Assembly (NCBI GenBank): GCA_043228905.1
Contig: JBHGNT010000012.1
Span: 20,150,001 to 20,214,000 of the forward strand
Direction of reading: 5' to 3'
DNA: 64,000 nucleotides
From: Azolla caroliniana
Taxonomy: Eukaryota; Plantae; Polypodiophyta
A program made the position numbers and the translations under genes. Under the pieces are notes generated by a model. That model did not search any database, was not told where the DNA came from, and worked only from the letters and a program-made list of their open reading frames with translations. This document shows, in pieces, positions 24,806 through 37,000 of the stretch. The number at the start of each line of letters is the position of its first letter. The stretch's first letter is position 1.

Positions 24806-27800
24806 GGTGAAAGTCAACTTTATTCAAGACCTACCAACTTAGTCGAACCATTCGAAAAAAATCTCCTCTGTATGCATACAAGGAAGAACATATGAATGCT
24901 TGTAACGAATTTGTGCCCTACAATATGTAAACTACTTAGGTGATTATTTTAAGTTTGTGTTTCATCAAGACATTTCTTTTTTCAAATCCAGCATGTTATC
25001 AAGCTGCTCATGCAAGAGGGCCTAGATTTTTAATTTGCAGGTCATCTTGGAGTGCAATCAAGAAGACCTCTACCAATACAAAGTTTCAAGTAAAGACCCC
25101 AACTTGCATGCCTGTTATAAAAAAAGTTCCTTCTTTTAAAGGCTTGGCATGATGATGTTCAAGCAAAAACCACTTCACTCCAAAGTTTAATATATGTTTA
25201 GAGAATTCCATAAGTATAACATGTATAAACCATAACATTTCATGCAAAATAATCCTTTCACTCCACAACTTCTCTAGAACCTTGTTGGCATGCCAAACAT
25301 GAAAGTGATAACAAAGCCTCAAATTCCAGTGATAATATTCAAGAAAACAGCTCCCTAGCCATGTTAAAGAATGTTCAATTTAAAATCCCGTGTGAACACC
25401 AAAAAGACTTGCGTACCTCTTCAAAAAATATAATCTTAACTCGAAAAGCCCATCTCTCTTGCTATGGCCCTTATTGGCATATTCACCTATGAAGAAAATA
25501 TATCACTACGAACATCCCACTTCACAATATCATACATAAATCAACAGAAAACCAGTCCAAATTCCTAATTAATGATTTTTAAAGGTCTCAATCTTTGAAG
25601 ATGATTACTTCTGTTTGATTTCTTCTTTTTGGCGATCAAAACGTAACCACAAGCAGATAATTTTGGGTCCTTTTGATGGGATCAACCTCTACCAAATCAC
25701 AAAAATGTAGGGTTTTCTTTACTACATCAAAGATTGTGGGGTTTTCTACAACCCAAATCAAAGGGAGAACCAAACTTTCTGTGCTTGGTGTTTCGTTTAG
25801 CAAGTTTCTATCTCTATCGATCTAATGTCTATCTATCTACCTATCTCTGTCTGTCTATCTGCCGGTCGGTCGGTCGGTCGGTTGGTCTCTATCTCTGCAT
25901 ACGTGATTGCCATAATCGTGTGGATGGACGGATCTTTCAGTGACAGGGATCGATCTGAAACCCTAAAAAATACAATGGAAACACAGAAAGCTTAAAGAAG
26001 CAGAGACAAACAGAGGCAAGGTTGGAAAAGCTCTTGTTAAAATATAAATCACAATTTTTATTCACAATTTGTGTAAAAGAAAAAGAAAAAAACCCAAAAC
26101 TTAATAAATAAATAAATAAATAAATACAAGATTTCAAGCATGAAGGAAAACTAATTAAAAACAATTCGGTAAAAATAGGGGACAAAAAAAAAGTGTGTGT
26201 GTGTGTGTCGGTGTTTGTGTCTTTGTGTGTGTGTGTGTGTGTGTGTGTACGTCTCTTTGTGTGTGTGTATCTCTCTCTCTATGTGTGTCTATGTCCGTGT
26301 CTCTGTCTCTGTGTGCATGGACAAAAAAATGTTTGTTGTGTGTGCATGGACTCGAGGAATACGTATTCCGAACCCTCAGACACTACCACTGATCACAAGA
26401 TGGTTAACCACACACTTCTGACACAACCAAAAAGCGTAAAGAGAAGAAGAAGGAAGAATGAGCCTTGATGCCACATCTCCGTGCGTGTATGGCCGACCAT
26501 TGTCGGCCTTACTAGAGCTTTGTGCTTGATATGTATTTCGAACCCTCATACAGTAGTTGATCACAAGATGGGCAACCACACACTTATGACGTGACCAAAA
26601 AGTGTAAAGAGAAGAAATAGGAAGAATGACCCACATGCCCATACCACCCATTTGCCTGATGCCACATCTGCACGCATGCATGGCTGACCATTGTTGGCCT
26701 CACCAAAACTCTGTGCCAAGGCCAAACGAGTGCTCGCGCCCGACCCACAAATCCTTGTGTTCCTCAATTTGTCATTGCGCGATTGAGTACGATGAGTTAA
26801 GAGTTGTGATTGTTTTCCAAATAAGGTCATGTGTAATCTCAAAATATTTGTCTTTTTAATGACCATGCATTTGTCATTTGAACCAAGATGAACATATGTG
26901 CAACCTCTAGTGATCTAACCTCAAATAGACATATGATCCATCACCCAAGACCTTAGGGTAGGGTTGAAACTATCGAGCAATGGAAGCTCGTGTAAACCAT
27001 CAAGAAGGAGAACACCATCAAATTGTGGATATGGTTGGTCCACAACTCTAGTTTCGTCCTTGCATGCTCGTGTATCACATACATGATTGTAATAATAACT
27101 CAAGTTCGTGTAATAACATAAATATTATTTTAGTAATAATATTGTAATGATGACATCCGTGTTGTTTGTTTAATCGGGTGATGTTAAGAATGAGGAGACA
27201 ACATAGCATCCAATAATATATCTAAAAAAAGCTATGTTAGGAAGCAAGTTCATCCAAATGGTTGACCAATACAAGTTACTTGCATATTAAGATAGGTTTA
27301 CCAAAGAGAGGTTGACATGTGACATCCACACACCATTGTATGATGTATCTAATGACATAATGATGCCAATATTATGACATTTTACTAAGATAGGCTTATC
27401 AAAGAGAGTTTGACATGTGTCATGTACACACCATTGTATCTAATGAGATAATGATACCAGAGGGACCTTGCAAGTGTGTCAGTGATTCTCACCACAATCG
27501 AGTTTCTTAAACATATTACCATAGTCATGATCTCAAACAACATTCCAAGTCATTCCTTGAACACATTGGATACAAACATTACCTTCAATGAACAACATTA
27601 GGATTGGCTTGCTTTAATGATGACCCACAAATTTACCAAAATAATTGAGTGCAAAACCTAGTTGGGGGACAATGTCCTTTTCAAAGTGGAAAGGCATTGC
27701 TATTTTCCTCTTCTTCACATTAAAGAATTTTGTTTTCAATATGCATTAAAGAAAACTCTACCTCCAAATGCCTTCAAAGGTTATTTTTTGCGTTTTTGTA

Positions 27801-28757
27801 TCAAGAAAGGTGACGTGTCCCTAACTTACTATCCAAGTGATTCCAAAATAGCACCATGATCCCAAACTCTTTACAATTAGATAAATTTTATTTTTGCATT
27901 TCCATTTCATATGCTTGCATTTATCTTTTCAAGTCAACGAATAGCTCAACCAAATGCAAACAGAAGGTGTTAAACAATTGTAAATTTTTTGAGTTAGAGA
28001 CTTCACATTTATATGAATGTTTTAATCACATTGTCAACAATTTCTTGCACATAATGAAAGGTTAAAAGCAATCACATCTCAAGTCTACACTAGCATCATG
28101 GAACGAACATCAATGTGACAGATAATTATTTGCACGGGGTTTCAAATCATATGCCACGAGTGAAGGTAGCGTACAAAGCAAATGATACATATTTGCACCT
28201 TCAAGCAATATGCATTCTCTTCACCAAACATTCTTGCACAAGGCATGTATATAAATGAATACACTCCCTTGTCAACGAACTTGTGGAGTTGTTTACAGCC
28301 CAAACAAATAGAAACATGTACCATTTATAACATATCATCCAATTATAGATTGAAAGTCAAACGTGTTGAAATTAGACAGATCATAAACAAGATAATATAA
28401 TTTTAAGATATAGAATAGCATACACTTCATTAACTCATGGGATACCATCAACAGCTCAATAACCTGTTTAAAAACTTAAGCATTTATATTGCATAGAATC
28501 TTAATGTTCTTTTCCTCAAATTTCTGAAATACCAATATGCGTGGCTTTTGATTACAATAAATAAAATGTTCTTTCCTGGTGTTTCAAGCCAACTTTCATA
28601 GCATACGTTATCTGATGCAAAATAAAACTTATTATCACATCTATTATCATTGTGTGAAAGAATCTAAATAATGAAAAACATGTCTATGGTCTTCTAAATT
28701 GACATGCAAATATTGCACATTATTGATACAAAACCACGTATTCATATTTGTTGAAAT

Positions 28758-29700
28758 CATAGATTGACATATTCGCATTCGTGGGGGTTACCATACGAAT
28801 ACATATGAATACGCATAAGAATACATGAAAAAAAATTCGTTAAAAAAAGAAAAAAAAAGAGTTCCTACTTTTTAGTTTCTAATATATATATCATATTGTT
28901 TAACAAAGAGACTTTCACATTAAATATGGGATATTTAACTTGACATTAAAAAGGAGGCTTACACTAAATAATATTTTTATATAATAAATGGAAAACTTAA
29001 AACTTAAAAAGTATTTGTTTTATTTTTAATAAATAATAAATAAAAGTTTCATTAATTTCCCACTTTACTCTCCCACAAAAATTAATATGTTTATCCGTTA
29101 TTAAAAGGGAACCTCGTACTAATAATATTTTTATAATATATATAAAACTTAAATGTATTTGTTTTATTTTTTAATAAAACGAAAAATAAATAAATATATG
29201 TAAATAAATTAACTAAATAAAAGGTTCCCATAAATTTCATATTTTTATTTCACATTAAAAAGGGGAACTCACACTAATAATATTTTTAAAATATATTTGT
29301 TTTTTTCCAAAAAAAAATATTTTTATAATATTTATCAAGATGTATATGTTTTAATTTTTAATAAAACAAAAAATAAATAAAATATATGTAAAATAAATAG
29401 AATAAATAAATGGTTCTCACAAAATTTTATATTTTTATCTCACATTAAAAAGGGGACCTCACACTAATAGTATTCTTATAAATTATAATAGATGAAAAAC
29501 TTTGAAGTATTTGTTTTATTTTTAGTCTCTTGACATTAAAAAGGGGACCTTAGACTAATAATATTTTTATATATAATATATAAAATTATTTTTTAAATAA
29601 TAAATAAATAAACGAATGGTTCTGTAATATACTTGGGGTTGAATTTTACGAATATTGAGGATGTCGAATATTACGAATTTCTCGCATGGGTCAATCTATG
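28758..29700. mobile_element. Non-autonomous hAT-type element, family B
   Basis: 11-bp TIR CATAGATTGAC / GTCAATCTATG; 8-bp TSD GTTGAAAT at 28750-28757 and 29701-29708; internal AT-rich repeats ACATTAAAAAGGGGACCTCACACTAATAATATTTTT. Confidence 0.92.
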
Positions 29701-30045
29701 GTTGAAATCATAGAAAAAACCATCTTGCTGAAATAACTAAATAGATATATTCAAGAAAGTTTAGTTACAAACAAGTCTTTTTTTAATTACAAATCTCCCT
29801 ACCTCCAACCCTATTTACCATAATTCATTATTGCCCATAAAGACCTTTCTTTTTGCCACTATTACAGGGGTTCAATTATGTTCATTCTTTACTTCATAGC
29901 ACCACCCTCTCACCAAGCCACACCCAAGTCTTTGATCATTTCTCATTACATTCTCAGTTCCCATGTGAGCTTTTTAAGCATCTAATACTACAAAAACCCA
30001 GCAATCTATAAAGCTCCATTTTGGGGCACACACTGCAAGGAGTAT

Positions 30046-31041
30046 CTATGAGCTTCTTAACCGTTTATTACAATCATTGCCACGAATACCCTCAGGAGTT
30101 ACCATGAACGGGGCTGTCTCCGAAGGGAGGGATGGTGATTTAAATATGTATGCGTACCTTTGTTTATTTTCCCAGTATAAAATCACTCTATTTGTGCAAA
30201 CATGTGACCAGCTTTCACCTGTGCAAAACTAAACGTCTCATTAACATTATCATATACATATATATGCACTGACATACTATGTAGAACAGAAAAAGTCATG
30301 GACAGATCTGAACCCAGCATTATCACCATTTCACTTAAATTGTTTTATAACATTACCTAACGCTGGCACTAGCTTCGAAGAACCTCCACTAAATTTTGTA
30401 GTCACCTGGTTCATGGCTACTATCTGCGAAATCCACTCCACCAACATTAGCGCTTAGTCCTAATGTAAGCATAAGATAAGGAAATATAGAATAGTTATAA
30501 AGAGAAGAGAGAGAAAGAAGGTGTCGATCCACCCGACCACCCCCCAACGAAAGGATCGAGATAGATTCAAGCCTTGATTAGCGTCCCATACCACCACCGT
30601 GGCATCAAGTCGTACTTGGTATTGGCGCGCTAGCTAAAAGAGTTTGATCACAACAAGATCAGAGTCTCGATGTAGTTGAATGATGTGTCTGATGAGGATA
30701 GCTAGAACAAGTGGTATCATAACGAAGGTTCATACCTTCCGCAAGATTGGAACATGTATGTGTTAACGTACGAGATGTACGTAGAGTTAAGTGTGACGAG
30801 GGTGAAAGAGTAAAGTGTTGATGTGTATGTGTAATTGTGCACAAGTGTAATTGTGAGTGTGAGTAGATGCCTATGTAAACACATGCACATAAGAAGAGGT
30901 GTGTGCATGTGGACAAATAAGAAGAGGTGTGAGTGAGTGATTAGTGTGAATGGCCAAGGGGGCTTGCACCCCTATGTACCCCTCTTGTAACTATTTAACC
31001 CCCTTATGGGGAATGAATGAAATAATGAATACGTTCTCTCT

Positions 31042-31088
<47 letters not shown>

Positions 31089-34000
31089 GATGTGCCAAAA
31101 TAAGTGTTATAGGTTTTAGGCCTAGGGTTGATGACAATAATGTTAATCAAGATGGTAATGAACGATGCGTGTGATGATTAGCATTGCGAGATTAATGATG
31201 ATGGGATGATAATCATTGCGGGGTGCGTTAGGATGATGTTGAGAATCATTGCGGGTGGGGGTTGGTGCCAAAGAGAGAGAGAGAGATTAAGAGGGAACAT
31301 ATTCATTGTTTCATTCATTCCCCAAAAGGGGGTTAAATAGTTACAAGATGGGTAAATACATAGGGGTGCAAGCCCCCTTGGTCATTCACACTAATCACCC
31401 ATACACCTAAATCCATATGAGGGGAGCAAATCTATTCCGAAGATTAGGTGTTGTAGCCAAAACATAAGCTTTACGTAGAGGGGCGAGGAAAGGGATCCAA
31501 GTAGTTGACTTGAAAATGTATACTTAACCTTGCAATGTCTTGTGACATTAGCTGCATGGAAAATGGTGTTGGAACTTTCTCAAGATCTCCACTTCTTAGA
31601 GATGGACGAATGGAATCAAGGAACCCATTCACATCATGGCATACTCCATCTACAACATACAAGTTGAGCACCGTCTTGTGATTTTTAGATCGGAATGTTA
31701 GCATACCTTTAGATGAACTCATGTTGGGCATAACTTGCATTGATCATTAAAGCTTGGGACAAGTGAGCATATTAACCTCAGTTATGGCCATGTTCACAAC
31801 GAAATGACCTAAGGCCCCCAAGCAAGTTCACACTTGGCCCTTATGGGTTGTCTCAATTCCTAGGATTAAAAATAATCGTCCCTTCTTTACACTCTTGTTC
31901 AACCCTCACACTTTATCCATGTGTATAAAATACTACGGTACAAACTTACCACGGGATAATTTATGGTCATGCCCGTAACAACCGATATTAACAAAACTCC
32001 CAAACTCTTGCAATACTTCTAGTGACTAATCTTGTGTTGGATTTCGTATATACTTTAATGTGCAAGCTAATGATAAGTTTTGAGTTCATATCTACTCTTA
32101 TAGTTGAATGCAAACCCCAAGTATATGGACAATTTACTTGCAGAAGCTAGATTGTACATGCTACCGCAAACATGATTCTAGTTGAACACACCCCAAATAT
32201 ATGAACAAGATGTCATCATGATGAAAAGTTGTCATGTCACTTACCGCCACTTCATGCTGTTCTGCCAAGTGCATAAGCTTTTGTCCCATGCTACCAAGTA
32301 TCCTTGTTCGTAGGGGCATGTCCTCAAAACCATGTCGGAAATGAAATGTGATGCTGTCAATTACTATAAGTCTTACCTGAAATCAGATTTGCAACTGAAT
32401 CATATTCAATTCATCAAAGTTCAACTTTAGAGTTAAAAACCATTAAATTCATGCAGAATGGTATCTAAAGTTTGAGATAATAGTTAATTCATGAGTCAGG
32501 TATTGCATCCAACAGGACATTTAAGCCTTTGACATCGAAGTACAGCTAGGTAATGGTATATAATGTGCTTACACGAATCAAATACACAATCAACCTAAGT
32601 AATGAGCATCATTACAATTTTTAACACTAATCAGTGCTAAATCTCAGCAATTCAGGCATTGTTTGACAATGTTAGTTTTGGCGTCATCCTCATTATTGTA
32701 CACAGTCCCAAGCTAGAATTTTAAGCTTCTTTTCACGTGATATTAAGATAAACATGTGGGGTTTTTCCACTCAAGTGGAACCCATAACTCAAAGCCGGCT
32801 GAGTGCCGGCTCTAACAGCTAAGAACTGTTTAAGAAGCAGCTAAGGGCCAGAAGGAGGCAGATATATGTAGAAGTTGCATAAGGAGGGAACGTCAGTCAG
32901 AGCAAACACAAAAGAAGAACACGTGCCTATGAGAGAAAACAGAGAGAGTGAGAGCATGACTCGGATCACAAGAAAGAAAGAGCACGAGAGCGTGAGTGAG
33001 AGTGATATCGTATTGCAGATGAGGAGATAAAGATTTATAAGAGGATGTTTGTGCCACCAAGGAGCTCGTACCCAATGACTGGAGTGCACCTCTCCTATCT
33101 GTCTATAATTAGGTTTTCACGTTCTGCATTATTCTGTCTTTCTGTTGTTCTTTCCACTCAATCGGGTGAAGATTGTTACCAAGGCTATTGCCTTGAGGTA
33201 TATTCCTCTAGTGAAAACTAGAGAGGTTGTACTCTGAACATAGTGAAATGTTTTGGTACCCTAAGGGTTCCGCAGTTTTTCCCGATTTGGGGTTTCCACA
33301 TAAAACCTGGTGTAATCTGATTTCTGTTTTGGTTGTGTCTGTCATTCGTTATGTTGGTGGTCTAAGGTAATTCTGGTTCACATGCACACACGTGTGCATG
33401 TGTTCACATAGGCATCTACTCACACTCACAATTACACTTGTGCACATTTACACATACACATAAACACTTTACTCTTTCACCCTCTTCACACTCAACTCTA
33501 TGTACATCTCGTACGTTAACAATATGAATCTCTTGGTGGGATGATTAAGTTGACCAGACCGAACTATTCAATATGGAAGTCCAAAATGAGGGACATGTTA
33601 TACAAGGACTTGTGGTTGCCAATACAATGTGGTACGGACAAACCAAAGAAAATAGACGCATCGACTTAGGACATTAGGCATTTAAAAACAGCTGCATACA
33701 TATGATACTTCATAGACATGAGTATATATAACAACTTTGGTGATAAAACTAAATCAATTGTATTGTGGAACAAAATAGAGAGTATGTTTGAAACCAAGAA
33801 TGCCTTGAATAGAGTTTTTGTGTTCAAAAATATTGTAAGGCTGAGATACCAAGATGGCTCTAGTATGGCTGAGCACCTGAATGCATTTCAAGGGTTGATC
33901 AATCAAACAATCTCTTTAGACATACCTCTAGCAGATGACTGGATCATTGACTCGGGAACCTCGTATCATATTACCCTGTATTAGGAGATGTTTGCATCAT

Positions 34001-37000
34001 ATGGTGGTAGTGAATTTGGTAGAGTCATAATGGCTAACCACTGTGTGATAGAGGTTGTTGGCATAGGGAATATAATTTTGGCCACGGATATGAGTTACAA
34101 ACTCATATTGAAGGATATTAGACATGTACCAGATATTCAAGTAAATATCATTTCTGCGGGTAAGCTTGATGATGAGGGTTATGCAAACTACTTTGGTGAA
34201 AGAAGATGGAAGGCTTTGTAATCATAGCAAAATGTTCCAAAAAGAATTCCCTCTATCTTATGCATGCTATAGTGTCCAATAAAGCAAAAAATGTTGCTAA
34301 TAAGGATGTCTCTATTGAGTTATGGCACAAGAGACTTGGGCACATAAGTTAAAAAGGACTCGAGGTTCTAGCAAAGAAGAACATCTTGCCTGCAATAACA
34401 AGTATGCATCTAAAAACTTGCATTGATTGTTTGGCCGCTTTTCAACAATTGCCCCCTAAAAGAAAGTCTCAACCATTGGAATTGGTGAATCCGGATCTAT
34501 GCTATATGAAAGATAAAATGCTTGGGGGAGCATTATACTTTGCTACATTCATCGATAATTTCTCGACAAAGTTATGGTGCTTTGCAATGAAAACTAAAGA
34601 TCAAGTATTCGAGATCTTTAGGGGTTTTCATGTGAGTGTGGAAAGAGGAACGGAAAGAAAGCTGAAATATATTTGTGTTGATAATGGCGGTGAATATTGG
34701 GGTCGATTTGAGCAATATTGTCATGAGCATGGTATCAAGATTAGAGAAGTGTTCAAAAAAGACCTTAGCACAATGGTGTGGTTGAGAGGATTGTTAAGTC
34801 AAATCACTCAAAATTGCCAAAATCCTTTTGGGATAAAGCAATGAGGATTGCAGTTTTAGGCAATTTTGAGTGAATTGACTTAACAATCGGCAATGGTTCG
34901 GTTTGGTTTGAGAGGATCCAAACCGAACCGTTAAAATTTTTTGAAACCTAAACTAAACCGAACCGAACTGCGAAACCGTTAAACCATTAAATCGTAAAAA
35001 CCGCGGTTTCGTGGTTCGGTTTTGGTTTCGGTTTTCAACATAGGCCAAATTTTTTATTTTTTAAAATTTATAATATTTCATTATTTAGAATTTTTGTTCC
35101 TAAAATGTGAGAATAAGGTGTAAAAATGAAAAGATTGTTTAAAAACAAATTTTTAGATTTTTTTTAAAATTTTTAAATTTGTTTTTAAAAAAATTAAAAA
35201 TTAAAACCATTTAAACCACGGTTTTTGATTGTTGAAACCAAACTGAAACCGAACTGAACCGTTTAAAAAAACCTAAACCTAAACCAAACCAAACTGTTGA
35301 AACCGCGGTTTCACGGTTCGGTTCGTACCGATTGTTAAATTGACTGCAATCCTCATTGCTTTACCCCAAAAGGATTTAGGCAGTTTTGAGTGAATTGTCC
35401 TATTCCTCCTCTCAGCCACAGCATTGTATTGAAAGTGTTTTGGAAACACTCCTCTCAAGCCTGATACCATGCTCACGTTGCACAAAGTGTCCCTGATATT
35501 CACCATCGTTATCGGCACAAATAAATTTTAGCTTTCTCCCAATTCCTCTTTCCACACTTACATGGAAGTTCTTAAAGATCTTGAACACTTGATCTTTAGT
35601 CTTTAATGCAAAGCAACACAACTTTCTTGAGAAGTCATCAATAAATGTGGCAAAGTACAATGCTCTCCCAAGGGTTCTATCCTTCATATAACACAAATTT
35701 GTGTGCAATTCCAATGACTGAGATTTTCTTTTTGGGGGCAAACGCCAAAAGGCAACTATGTGTTGTCTCTCGCCAAACAATCAACACAAGTTTCTGAATG
35801 CATACCTTTGATCTCTGGTAGGATGTTCTTCCTTGCTAACACCTCAAGTCCTTTTTGACTCATGTGCCCAAGTCTCTTGTGCCATAGCTCAATGGAGACA
35901 TCCTTGTCGGCTACATTCACCTTTCCACCAAACACCATAGCATGCATTAGATATAGAGAATTTTGTTTTAGACATCTTGCCATAACTAGAGATCCTTTGG
36001 TGAGCTTCCATTTTTCTTCACCAAAGGAATTTGTATAACCCTCATCATCAAGCTTACCAGCAGAAATAATATCCAACCGAATGTTGAGTACATGCCTAAC
36101 ATCCTTCAACATGAGTTTGCAACCCGTGTCCATTGTTAGAATTACATTTCTTATGCCAACAACCTCTATCACACCATGGTTGGCCATTTTGACTCTACCA
36201 AAGTCACCACCGACATATGACATAAACATCTCCCAAAATGGGGTAATGTGATACGAAGCTCCCGAATCCATAATCTAGTCGGTATGTTGGCATACTAAAC
36301 AGACACAAGCATCATCACATGCAATGATAATATCACCATTACATGTGGCCATTATAGGATCATTTTTCTTGTTGTTAGTGGTTTCTTTCTTTTGGTCTCT
36401 CTTTTTCTTCCAACAATCTCTCTCATAGTGATTCGGGCCACCACAATAATGACATGTAAAATCTTTCTTAGAGTCTTTCCTATTTCTAGATTTAGACCTC
36501 CCCTTAGAGTTATTTCTATTATATTGTGGGCCTTGAGTATGGCTTCTTCCTCTATTTGAGTATGGCCTTATGCTCATAGTTGGGCTCGCGCTCCTTTTCT
36601 TATGCTTCTTTATTAAGAAGGCTCAACTTAAGCGTGTCCAATGCTAGCTCTTCCTTTTGTGTTGAACTCCCAAGAGTCACCACAAGTGTTCCCCAACTAT
36701 CTAGGAGAGAGCCTAACAATAATAAAGGCAATACCTCATTTGCTAGAGGTATTTTAAAGGAAATAGTTTGATTTATTAGCCCTTAAAATGCATTCAAATG
36801 CTCTGCCATACTAGAGCTATCTTGATATCTTAGTCTTACCATCTTTCTAAACACAAGCACTCTATCTATTCAAGGCATTCTTGGTTTCATATCTCTCTAT
36901 TTTCTTCCATAATACATTTGCTTTGGTTTCATCACCAAAGTTGTTATATAGACTCATGTCCAAAAAACATTGTGTCTATAGATGTTTTAAATGCATGACA

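Noticed and set aside
26193-26468. Cys/Val-rich ORFs
   Set aside because: Translations of (GT)n microsatellite
26370-27460. Local ~170-bp and ~100-bp direct duplications
   Set aside because: Diverged two-copy repeats typical of old TE debris; no termini or coding signal
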